A DNA stretch of 64,000 bases, taken from Myxococcota bacterium. GTDB lineage: Bacteria; Myxococcota_A; UBA9160; JAFDDA01. Of this stretch, positions 17,745 to 25,894 are shown piece after piece. The position numbers were made by a program, and so were the translations under genes. Location of the stretch: positions 4,398,264 to 4,462,263 of the forward strand of contig OZ245817.1 in assembly GCA_965228475.1 (NCBI GenBank). Direction: 5' to 3'. A model generated the notes under the pieces. That model had not been told where the DNA came from and ran no database searches. It saw nothing but the letters and a program-made list of their open reading frames with translations. Each line of letters starts with the position of its first letter. Position 1 is the first letter of the stretch.

Positions 17745-18707
17745 TTACGGGTGATGCGTCAGCTCAGGATCGATGCGGATGACACAGGGCCGTCCGAAAT
17801 CGTCGTCCCGGATCTCGAAACGCCACTCGGGCGCCATCCAGATGATCTGGGCCCAGGGCAGCTGGGCCTCGTAGATCGCCTGGACCGAGATGTACTCGGT
17901 GAGCTCCGGGCATCGATCGTCGAGGATCGTGATGTCGACGGTGGTCGTTTGCTCGTGGGCAGGAAACGTGAAGGGCAACAGCTCCGGATAGGTCGTTACC
18001 GGCCCATCGAAGTCTTCCCCCGCCTTCGCGGTCGAGCCGAAGGCGATCCAGAAGTCCAGAACCGGGATGGCGAAACGCCCAGAGTGCATGGCGTAGTAGT
18101 CCGTCACCGGTTCGTCGACCTTGAACATCTGCGAGAAGGTGAGGGTCTCGGTCCGCGTGGGCGACTCGTCGAAGGGCGCGTTCTCCGCGGTGACGTCGAT
18201 CAACGGAGGCCAGGCCGTGAACTGTGCACCCTGGATACAGATCGTTCCGTTCTGTTCCATCTGCGCCCACAGCGTATGGAGGCCGGGGTTGAGCGCGTAG
18301 CCCGGGGGCTCGTCGTCGAAGTCCGACGTGATCACGCTGATGAAGGCGTACTGATCGGCGGTCTTCACCTGCTCGACGCCGCCGGTGGTGTTCCCGTCCA
18401 GCCACAGCGTGACGAAGGGGCCGAGCGCCGCGTTCGGAAGAGTCCAGCTCAGCTCGAGGTTGCCCGACCCGTTGTGGTAGAGCGGCCATTCCGTGCCGAA
18501 TGAGCCTGAGGTGACGAGGAACGGTTGGCAGCCCGCCCCTTGAACGGCGCCGATCGAAGGCGGCTCCGGTGTTGCCGTCGGGCTGAGCGGGGATCCGCTG
18601 GGCTCGACCGGAACGACCCCGGAGAGCGAGGCAACGGCAGGGAGAGCGAGAAAGAACGTCACCGAAGCCAGCAGTGCGGTGCGTTGGACGAGAGTTCCGA
18701 ATTTCAT
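17745..18707 (-). CDS. Secreted protein with C-terminal Calx-beta-like domain
   Basis: ATG behind AAGGAAAC. Signal peptide. Calx-beta pattern GSTAKAGEDFDGPVTTYPELLPFTFPAHEQTTTVDITILDDRCPELTEYISV. Confidence 0.7.
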   Translation of the reverse strand: MKFGTLVQRTALLASVTFFLALPAVASLSGVVPVEPSGSPLSPTATPEPPSIGAVQGAGCQPFLVTSGSFGTEWPLYHNGSGNLELSWTLPNAALGPFVTLWLDGNTTGGVEQVKTADQYAFISVITSDFDDEPPGYALNPGLHTLWAQMEQNGTICIQGAQFTAWPPLIDVTAENAPFDESPTRTETLTFSQMFKVDEPVTDYYAMHSGRFAIPVLDFWIAFGSTAKAGEDFDGPVTTYPELLPFTFPAHEQTTTVDITILDDRCPELTEYISVQAIYEAQLPWAQIIWMAPEWRFEIRDDDFGRPCVIRIDPELTHHP

Positions 18708-18782
18708 GGTGGGTTTCCTTGGTCGAGGGCCGGCCTGCGGGTGGGCCACGCCCGTCGAACGGGCCCACCCCTCCAGGCGAGT

Positions 18783-19274
18783 TCAGGGCTGTCGAGAGCC
18801 GAGCGGCGGGCGGCGAGCGCCGGCCAGGGCGACCACGACGAGCAGGGCAAGGGCGGGCTCGGGCACACCGACGTGTCTTCCACTGAAGATGAAATCGCCG
18901 GACGGCGAGCCCCCGTCATGGACCGCCGAGTAGACGTCCATCCCGTTGCCGTGGGGGACGGTGCCGCTGAGCGACGTGCCGGTGGTTCCGGCGAAGAGCC
19001 AGGTCTCACCGTCCTCGTGGGTACTTCTCCCTGACCAGGCGAGCACACCTCCGGCTTCGCTGAAGAGGATGCTCACGTCCCAGAAACAATTCCCGGCGAC
19101 GCAGGAGTTGAAGGCGACGTCCTGGCCGCCGTCGAGGACGACTTCCAGACGCAGGCCGTAGCTCTCGGCGCTGTTGTCCTCGAACTCCACGTTGATGGTC
19201 ACCGCCGACGCAGGGCCGGCGGCCAGAATCAGAGCCAACCCGAGGACCGGCCAGGCAAAGGACCGAGCAGACAT
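18783..19274 (-). CDS. PEP-CTERM sorting-domain secreted protein (paralog of 16897..17487)
   Basis: ATG 7 nt after AAGGAGG. C-terminal VPEPALALLVVVALAGARRPP. Shares FNSCVAGNCFW / FDSCAYGGCVW with the paralog. Confidence 0.8.
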   Translation of the reverse strand: MSARSFAWPVLGLALILAAGPASAVTINVEFEDNSAESYGLRLEVVLDGGQDVAFNSCVAGNCFWDVSILFSEAGGVLAWSGRSTHEDGETWLFAGTTGTSLSGTVPHGNGMDVYSAVHDGGSPSGDFIFSGRHVGVPEPALALLVVVALAGARRPPLGSRQP

Positions 19275-19345
19275 GAGCACACCTCCTTGCCCTTTCGAGT
19301 CAATAAAACCGAAAGGACAATTTTAAATATACCGATCGGAATATT
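19275..19345 (-). promoter_or_regulatory. Conserved AT-rich leader with an SD-proximal hairpin
   Basis: See 17488..17564. Hairpin TGTCCTTTCG-N11-CGAAAGGGCA lies immediately 5' of AAGGAGG. Confidence 0.6.
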
Positions 19346-19361
19346 TGCAACGGGCGTGCCA
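19346..19361 (-). promoter_or_regulatory. Sigma-54 (-24/-12) promoter
   Basis: Minus strand reads TGGCACGCCCGTTGCA, 72 nt upstream of the ATG. Confidence 0.75.
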
Positions 19362-19451
19362 TCCGGGGCAGCGCACGGACTGCCGGGCGCAAGCCTTCGC
19401 CGGCGAAGGGATTTCCGAATGGCTGAGGAACGGAGCGAGCCCGGGGCGTTG

Positions 19452-19465
19452 GGAACGCCGGTTCC
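19452..19465. promoter_or_regulatory. Candidate enhancer (UAS) palindrome, proximal
   Basis: GGAACGCCGGTTCC. The flanks TTGGGAACGNCGGTTCC are shared with 17665..17682. Confidence 0.55.
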
Positions 19466-19482
19466 GTCCGAGCCGCAAAATG

Positions 19483-19496
19483 GGAAAAACGTTTCC
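19483..19496. promoter_or_regulatory. Candidate enhancer (UAS) palindrome, distal
   Basis: GGAAAAACGTTTCC, 31 bp centre-to-centre from the proximal site. Confidence 0.5.
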
Positions 19497-19570
19497 CACG
19501 AGACGGATCATCGCCTCGACTCGCGGCGGTCGGCCAGGGGCTGGGATCGCCCTGAAAAGCCGGTCTGAGC

Positions 19571-20227
19571 CTACTTGCGGCGGTCCGAACTCGGCGGAGG
19601 CTCGCCGGACTCGAGCTCGGCGGCGTCTCGCTGGGCCTGCTCGACGATGGCCCGGACCGCGAACTGCGTCATCTCGCGGTAGATCTCCGGCGCGCGGCGG
19701 GTCCCCAGCCAGAGGGCCTCGGCTCCGTGGCCCAGCGCCGTGATCGCCTCGGCGGCCGGACGGCCGACCTCCTCAGGCAGGCCCAGGAACTCCTGGATGA
19801 TGTTCACCCGGTGCTCGATGGAGAGCTTCGCCACGACAGCATGGCCGTCGTTGACCATGGCGCTGGCCATCAGCTGCTGCATCGCGCTGGCGAAGGTTCG
19901 CAGCTCGGGCCGGAAGTGCAGAGCCAGCTGAGCGTCCAGCCGTTCGCTCCAGTCGCCGGGGGTCTGAGTGAGGATTCCGGTGAAGGCCTGGTGGGCTCGA
20001 GCGGCGATGGCTTGGAAGAGCCCCTCGCGCGAGCCGAAGTGGTGGAGGACCGAGGTCTTGCTGGTGTCCGCCTCGCGCGCGATGTCGGCCAAGGAGATGG
20101 CCATTCCCTGCTCGCCGATCAGACGGATCGTCGCGAGGAGGATCGCCTCCTTGGACTCCTCTCCCGCGCGCCCCTTCGGTCGCCCGGCCTTGCGGGCGGG
20201 CTTCGAAGGCGGGGATTCCGGAGCCAT
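19571..20227 (-). CDS. TetR-family transcriptional regulator
   Basis: HTH region ILLATIRLIGEQGMAISLADIAREADTSKTSVLHHFGSREGL. Confidence 0.85.
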   Translation of the reverse strand: MAPESPPSKPARKAGRPKGRAGEESKEAILLATIRLIGEQGMAISLADIAREADTSKTSVLHHFGSREGLFQAIAARAHQAFTGILTQTPGDWSERLDAQLALHFRPELRTFASAMQQLMASAMVNDGHAVVAKLSIEHRVNIIQEFLGLPEEVGRPAAEAITALGHGAEALWLGTRRAPEIYREMTQFAVRAIVEQAQRDAAELESGEPPPSSDRRK

Positions 20228-20340
20228 TGAAAGAGGTTAGCAGTTCCCTCCTCTCTCTTTTTTCCTCAGCCTCGATTTTATTAGACCATTCGCTCAATAG
20301 CATGTTAATAGATCAGTCAGTCTATTCAAAGGAGACTCCC

Positions 20341-23331
20341 ATGGCCCTTCTGCGCCTCTGGACCCTGCTCTGTTCCGTGCTCTTCCTTGCGGTGTCCCCC
20401 GCCCAGGCGGAGTCCGTCATTCCGGACCCGCCGGAATGCTTGCCCGCCTCGGTCCTGGCTGCGCTCGAGGGGGCCGGCCTGCTCCCCACCGAAGAGGGCG
20501 AGGACGGAGACGTGGGCGCTGGGGGCGGCAGCCAGGGCGGCGGCGGGAATGACGGCATGCAAGGCTCGGACGGCGGCGCGACCGGGCCCGATCAGGGCGA
20601 CGGGAGCGGGCACGACTCCGGTGACGGCGACCCGGACGCTCCCTGGTGGACGAACATCCCCACCGACCTGCCCGAGGACTTCGAAGCCCCCTTCTACTGG
20701 ATCTACTACTGGTCCAATGGCTACGGCCCGCCGCCTCCGGCCTGCGAGGACCTCCCGCCGCCGCCGGTCTCCTTCCTGTTCATCGAGATCACCGACCCGG
20801 AAGAAGACCCGTTCCACACGGTTCACGAGACCCAGAGCCTCGCCGGCGAAATCATCTCCGGCAACGGCTCCCCGCTCCAAGAGATCCAGTTCTTCAACCA
20901 GCGGAACCTGGACTGGGGCCTGGTCGACGTCTCCGGCGAAGCGTTCGACGTAGAGGGCATCGAACTCGAGATCGGGGAGAACCCGATCGTCGTCTTCGGC
21001 TCGAACGTAGCCGGCGCCTCGGACTCGGACACCATCACGGTGATCCGCAAGGACAAGCACTGCAACACCCACCAGGGCAACGTGCTCTGCACGGAACCCT
21101 GGTGCGACGGCAGCTTGCCGATGTCGCTGATCAAGCCCCAGTACCGGACCTGGCTCGAGCAGCATCCGAGCGGGATCGGTGTGCTCTACCCGATGCACGG
21201 CGACTTCCCGCCGGCAACGGACCTTCCTCCCCCGCCGGCAGACCCGCTCGACGCAGAGCTCACCTACTCGGTCTTCCAGGAGAACGGTCAGCCGATGATC
21301 CGCTTCCACGCGGAGCTTCGCAGCTTCGACTCGCTGCCGACGCCCTTCACACTCGGGGAGGTGGCCGTGGAGGTCACGGCCTCCGGTGAGAACGGCGACA
21401 CGACGATGCTGCTCACGCCGTTCTGCTACGACGACGCCGAGGCCTTCTACGACCTGAACGGCGAGGTCTTCGGCTACGTCGACGCCATCCTCCCCTACGA
21501 CGGGACGACGACGGTTACGGCGACACTCGTCGAGGTCGACGACGAGGGCGAACCGATCGTCCCCACCGTCACCCTCGGCACCGACCGCAACACGTTCATT
21601 CCGAACGACAACCCGATCGCGACCACCGACCCCGTCCCGAACGGACTCGTGGCCCAGATCAACGACACCGGCCTCGACGCGGTGGCCGGTGCCTTCAGCG
21701 GCCAGGTCAGCACGCTGATCAAGGACGGCCTGGCGGATACGGTTGGGGTGCCGCTACCGCAGTTCTCGTTCGAAACCACCTTCGAAGAGCTCGAGGTGAC
21801 CTCCGTCGGTCTTGCGCTGAGCGAAACGAGCGCGCTCAACACGACCTTGGCGCTCAACGGTCTGAAAGGCCACCTGAAGGTCAACATTCCCATACTCGGG
21901 GATTGTCACATCTGGTTCGAGACCGACAGCGCCACCGTGGCGGCCAGCTTCACCCAGCTCCCCGCATCCGACGCCCACCAGATCGATCTCGCGCCCGCGG
22001 GTACAACGCTGTCGTTCTCGACGCCAACGTACGAATACAGCGACAGTATCCTTTTCCCCGGCTGCGGCCCCGTCATGCTGTACCTCGGCCAGTCCATGGA
22101 CGAGATCGTCGATGACATCATCACCGGGATCCTGGAAGGGGTCGACAAGGAACTCGAGCCGGGGCTCGAGAACGAGATCAACGGGCTCGGCCTGGGCTCG
22201 ATGGTCGGAGACCTCCTGCAGGTGAAGTTCGACGGGACCTTCTCGTCGATCGACGACTTGACTGCGATCGCCCGCTACAACGTCGACGCGCACTTCGAAG
22301 CCATCTCGGACAACGTGCTGGTGACGGAGTCCTTCGCGCCGCCGGATGATTTCATGCCCTTCGGCACGACCGCGCCGGGCGTCGGCGGCTTCGATCTCGG
22401 GGTGTATCTCACGCCCGCCGCCTTGAACCAGGTCCTGGCCGCGCGCACGAACGATGGCATGCTCAGTGGCCAGATCACGGAGCTGACACCGGGTCAGCCC
22501 CTCACGGTCGACCTGCTGAACACGTTCGGCGTTTTCTTCCCGGACGACGCGCAGAAGACCGACCCCGTCGTCGTGGAGCTCGTGCCCACGATGGCCCCCA
22601 TGACGGACGGCGGGCCCGGGCCGGACGGCGACATGTACCAGCTCGACATCTGGCAGCTCATCCTGAAGGTCCTCTGGACCGACGGTCAGGGAGAGGAAGT
22701 CGAAGTTCTTCGCGCGGCGGTGGACTTCTCCCTCGGGTTCGACATCGGGTTCCCCGAACCCTGGGCGCCTCCGGCCACCGAGCTCAGCCCGCCGACCGCA
22801 CCGGCCGTAGTGAAAGTCCTCTTCGCTCCGTACGGAGTGAACGACTTCATCTTCCCGATTGCGGTGAGCGGCGTGCTGGCAACGAGCTTCGATGCTCTCG
22901 TGGGCGGCCTGTTCGGGGACGGCAACGGCGGCCCGATCGGCGTCCTCGGACTGGACGTGGAGGGCGAGGGAGCCTTGCGAGCCGGGGACGCCATGGCGTT
23001 GCTCTTCGATCTCTCCATCGCACCGACGCAAGCCAACCTCGTCTACGAGCAGGACGACATCGAGGACATCTCGGTGGAGTTCACGGTGACGTTCCCCTTC
23101 GACGGTGTCTCCTTCGCCTGGGACTTCGGCGACGGCGATACGCAGACGACCTCGGGGCCGAGCGTCACCCACATCTACGGCGGCCTTCCGGGCTACAACG
23201 GGCTCCCGCCCGGCCTCCACGACTTCGGTGTGAAGGTGGACGTCACGCGGGAGAACGGCGCCGTGGTCTCGGGCAACACGGCCATCCTGATCTGCATCAA
23301 GGAGAACCCGGACGACGTCTGCGAGCAGTGA
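20341..23331 (+). CDS. Large secreted protein (996 aa): Gly/Asp-rich N-terminal region, long unassigned middle, C-terminal PKD domain
   Basis: ATG behind AAAGGAG. Signal peptide LLCSVLFLAVSPAQA-ES. PKD signature FAWDFGDGDTQTTSGPSVTHIYGG...GLHDFGVKVDVTRENG. The track start 20227 lies in an AT-rich non-coding leader. Confidence 0.8.
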   Translation: MALLRLWTLLCSVLFLAVSPAQAESVIPDPPECLPASVLAALEGAGLLPTEEGEDGDVGAGGGSQGGGGNDGMQGSDGGATGPDQGDGSGHDSGDGDPDAPWWTNIPTDLPEDFEAPFYWIYYWSNGYGPPPPACEDLPPPPVSFLFIEITDPEEDPFHTVHETQSLAGEIISGNGSPLQEIQFFNQRNLDWGLVDVSGEAFDVEGIELEIGENPIVVFGSNVAGASDSDTITVIRKDKHCNTHQGNVLCTEPWCDGSLPMSLIKPQYRTWLEQHPSGIGVLYPMHGDFPPATDLPPPPADPLDAELTYSVFQENGQPMIRFHAELRSFDSLPTPFTLGEVAVEVTASGENGDTTMLLTPFCYDDAEAFYDLNGEVFGYVDAILPYDGTTTVTATLVEVDDEGEPIVPTVTLGTDRNTFIPNDNPIATTDPVPNGLVAQINDTGLDAVAGAFSGQVSTLIKDGLADTVGVPLPQFSFETTFEELEVTSVGLALSETSALNTTLALNGLKGHLKVNIPILGDCHIWFETDSATVAASFTQLPASDAHQIDLAPAGTTLSFSTPTYEYSDSILFPGCGPVMLYLGQSMDEIVDDIITGILEGVDKELEPGLENEINGLGLGSMVGDLLQVKFDGTFSSIDDLTAIARYNVDAHFEAISDNVLVTESFAPPDDFMPFGTTAPGVGGFDLGVYLTPAALNQVLAARTNDGMLSGQITELTPGQPLTVDLLNTFGVFFPDDAQKTDPVVVELVPTMAPMTDGGPGPDGDMYQLDIWQLILKVLWTDGQGEEVEVLRAAVDFSLGFDIGFPEPWAPPATELSPPTAPAVVKVLFAPYGVNDFIFPIAVSGVLATSFDALVGGLFGDGNGGPIGVLGLDVEGEGALRAGDAMALLFDLSIAPTQANLVYEQDDIEDISVEFTVTFPFDGVSFAWDFGDGDTQTTSGPSVTHIYGGLPGYNGLPPGLHDFGVKVDVTRENGAVVSGNTAILICIKENPDDVCEQ

Positions 23332-23353
23332 CGCCCTTCCATGGTGTAAGTTG

Positions 23354-23383
23354 GAGCGGCCCTACCCCACGGTAGGGCCGCTC
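23354..23383 (+). terminator. Strong 13-bp stem hairpin after the PKD-protein gene
   Basis: GAGCGGCCCTACC-CCAC-GGTAGGGCCGCTC. No U-tract. Confidence 0.5.
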
Positions 23384-23412
23384 TGCGGGCGCGGTCAGCC
23401 TGGTGCGGGACG

Positions 23413-24078
23413 ATGCGGATGAAGTCGAAGCGCAAGAGAGGGCGGCCGCGCGGGAGCGATCCGGCGCCGAGCAAGGACGACATCCTCGAAGCCGCCGTCG
23501 CCTCGGTGGCGGAAGTGGGCCTGCAGCGCGCTTCGATCTCCCACGTGGCGGAGAAGGCCGGCGCCAGCAAGACCTCCGTCCTCTACCATTTCCGTAATCG
23601 TGAGGGCCTCGTGGCCGCGCTGGCGCTCAAGGTCTTGAGCGACTTCCAGGAAGGCGTCTCCACCGGCTCGAAGCTCCCCAGGGGCGACGTCGCGCGCGCC
23701 GAGGCGGGCGTCCGGGCGTTCTTCAAGCCCGAGTACCGCGAATCGCTCGTCGTGATGCGCGAGCTCATGACCCAGGGCGCCTTCGACAAGCGCATGGGCG
23801 AGCTGGTGCGGTTCGCCGTCGAGACGCGCGTCCAGATGATCGCGTCGCTGCTCGACCTCCCCACGCCCCTCGCGCTCTCCACCGCGCGCAACCTGGTGAT
23901 GGCCGTGCAGGGTGCCGTCGACGCCTGGGTCTGCAGCGGAAGCCGCAACCCGGCGCCGTATTGCGAATCCGCGATCGAGACCGCGCGCGCCCTGATCGAG
24001 AGCGCCGGCAACCGGGCTCGGCTCGTCGCGATCCCCGACGATGAAGAAGAGGAGTTCCCCGCCGACGACGAGGGCTAG
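23413..24078 (+). CDS. TetR-family transcriptional regulator
   Basis: HTH region ILEAAVASVAEVGLQRASISHVAEKAGASKTSVLYHFRNREGL. Confidence 0.85.
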   Translation: MRMKSKRKRGRPRGSDPAPSKDDILEAAVASVAEVGLQRASISHVAEKAGASKTSVLYHFRNREGLVAALALKVLSDFQEGVSTGSKLPRGDVARAEAGVRAFFKPEYRESLVVMRELMTQGAFDKRMGELVRFAVETRVQMIASLLDLPTPLALSTARNLVMAVQGAVDAWVCSGSRNPAPYCESAIETARALIESAGNRARLVAIPDDEEEEFPADDEG

Positions 24079-24105
24079 CGCCCTCGCCGTCGACGGAGGG
24101 GTGCC

Positions 24106-24855
24106 TCAGTCCTTGTAGCTCGGATCCAGGCGATCCAGCTGGCGGCGCATCGCCGGCCAGAGGAGCGCGTTCCCGACGACCGGCAGGCCGTTGCCCTGCT
24201 GGGCCGTCTTCTCGACGACGGCCGGCTCGACCTCGACCGCGCCCTGGCTCCCGGAGAGCGTCCGCACCTGCATCGAGCACGCGCGCTCGAGGTAGTACAT
24301 GCGGGTGAACGCTTCGGCGACGGTCGAGCCGACGGTCAGCGTGCCGTGGTTGTGGAGCAGCATCAGGTGCTTGTCGCCGATGTCCCGCACCAGGCGCTCG
24401 CGCTCGTCGAGGTCGAGGGCCACGCCTTCGTAGTCGTGATAGGCGATGTCCTCGCGCACGAGCAGCGCGGTCTGGTTCAGGGGCAGGAGCCCTTCCTTCT
24501 GGGTCGAAACCGCCGTGCCGTCGAGGGTGTGGAGGTGCAGCACGCACATCGCATCCTCGCGCGCCTGGTGGATCGCGCTGTGGATCACGAACCCGGCGGG
24601 GTTCACGGGGTGGCCCGAGTCGAGCACGACGTTCCCGTCGAGATCGATCTTCGCGAGGCTCGAGGCGGTGATCTCGTCGAAGAGCAGCCCGAAGGGGTTG
24701 ATCAGGAAGTGGTGCTCGGGCCCGGGGACCCGGACGGAGATGTGGGTGAAGATCAGGTCGTCCCAGCCGAGCCGGGCCACCTGGCGGTAGCAGGCCGCGA
24801 GGTCCTCGCGGATCGCCCATTCTTCTTCGGATACCTGGTCGCGGATGGATGCCAT
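24106..24855 (-). CDS. Class II aldolase/adducin-family protein
   Basis: Family-typical motifs THISVRVP, GFVIHSAIH and LLHNHGTLTVG. Confidence 0.85.
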   Translation of the reverse strand: MASIRDQVSEEEWAIREDLAACYRQVARLGWDDLIFTHISVRVPGPEHHFLINPFGLLFDEITASSLAKIDLDGNVVLDSGHPVNPAGFVIHSAIHQAREDAMCVLHLHTLDGTAVSTQKEGLLPLNQTALLVREDIAYHDYEGVALDLDERERLVRDIGDKHLMLLHNHGTLTVGSTVAEAFTRMYYLERACSMQVRTLSGSQGAVEVEPAVVEKTAQQGNGLPVVGNALLWPAMRRQLDRLDPSYKD

Positions 24856-24931
24856 GGGTTCGTCTCCTTCGTGTGGAGAGGATCCTATGGCAGCGGAACA
24901 TCATTGAAAATTAGATCTTTGTCGCTTAAAC

Positions 24932-24946
24932 ATAACGCAACGTTAT
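24932..24946. promoter_or_regulatory. LysR-type T-N11-A box
   Basis: ATAAC-GCAAC-GTTAT, a perfect inverted repeat in the AT-rich divergent region between the aldolase and LysR genes. Confidence 0.55.
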
Positions 24947-24957
24947 GGAGAAACGTC

Positions 24958-25869
24958 GTGGAGATCCGGCAATTGGAGCACCTGGTGGCCGCCGTGGAGC
25001 TCGGCACCCTGCGCGAGGCCGCCGAGCGCTGCCACATCTCCCAGCCGGGCCTCTCCATGAGCCTGCGGCGGCTCGAGGATTTCCTCGGGGTGAAGGTGCT
25101 CGAGCGCGAGCCGCGCGGCGTCGTCCCCACCCGCTACGGCGAGGTCCTCTGCCGCCACGCGAAGATCGTGCTCGCCCACGTGCGCCACGCCACCAGCGAG
25201 ATCGAGAGCCTGCGCGGCGAGGGCGCCGGCGAGCTCCGCATCGGGGTCGGCGCGAGCTTCATGAACCGGGCGCTCGCGCGGGTGGTGGCGCGGCTCATCG
25301 AGAGCCGGCCGGGCTTCGCCCTCCACGTTTCCGAGGGCGTCGCCGAGGACCAGATCCCCCGCCTTGCCGAGGGCGAGCTCGACCTCGCCCTGGTGCGCTT
25401 CCCGTCGACGCCGCCGGACGCGACGCTCGTCTACGAAACGCTCCATCGCCGCGAGCTGTGCGCCTGGGTGCGCGCCGGGCACCCGCTCGCCGAGCGGGCG
25501 CAGGAACTCACGCTCGAAGATCTCGTCCAGGCCCGGTGGAGCACGCCGGACGATGCGCCCCAGGAGATCGCGGGCCCGATCTACCGGGCGCTCCAGCGCG
25601 CCGGCTTCGCGACGCGCCCGACGGTGCAGACCAACTCGGTGCCGTTCCTGAAGCGGCTCGTGCTCGCGAGCGATTGTCTGGCGCTGCTGCCCGAGGGCGC
25701 CGTGGCGGACGAGGTCGCCGATGGGGAGCTCGTCGGGTTGAAGCTCCCGGGCGTCGATCTCAGCGACGAGGTGGGCGCCGTCTACCGGCGCGAGCTCGCG
25801 GAGCTTCCCGTCCTCGGCGAGATCGTCGAGGCCCTGCGCGAAGAGCTCCCACGCGCGGGGCTCGAGTGA
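24958..25869 (+). CDS. LysR-family transcriptional regulator
   Basis: GTG 7 nt after GGAG. HTH region IRQLEHLVAAVELGTLREAAERCHISQPGLSMSLRRLEDFLGVKVLER. Confidence 0.85.
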   Translation: MEIRQLEHLVAAVELGTLREAAERCHISQPGLSMSLRRLEDFLGVKVLEREPRGVVPTRYGEVLCRHAKIVLAHVRHATSEIESLRGEGAGELRIGVGASFMNRALARVVARLIESRPGFALHVSEGVAEDQIPRLAEGELDLALVRFPSTPPDATLVYETLHRRELCAWVRAGHPLAERAQELTLEDLVQARWSTPDDAPQEIAGPIYRALQRAGFATRPTVQTNSVPFLKRLVLASDCLALLPEGAVADEVADGELVGLKLPGVDLSDEVGAVYRRELAELPVLGEIVEALREELPRAGLE

Positions 25870-25894
25870 GGGGAAAGCCGGCGCGCGCGGCCCG

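Noticed and set aside
18739-18770. Hairpin GGGTGGGCC-N14-GGCCCACCC between the PEP-CTERM and Calx-beta genes, considered as a terminator
   Set aside because: No U-tract follows on the transcribed (minus) strand, and it sits 30 nt before the next RBS. It is more likely an intercistronic stabiliser or processing structure. I did not call it as a terminator.
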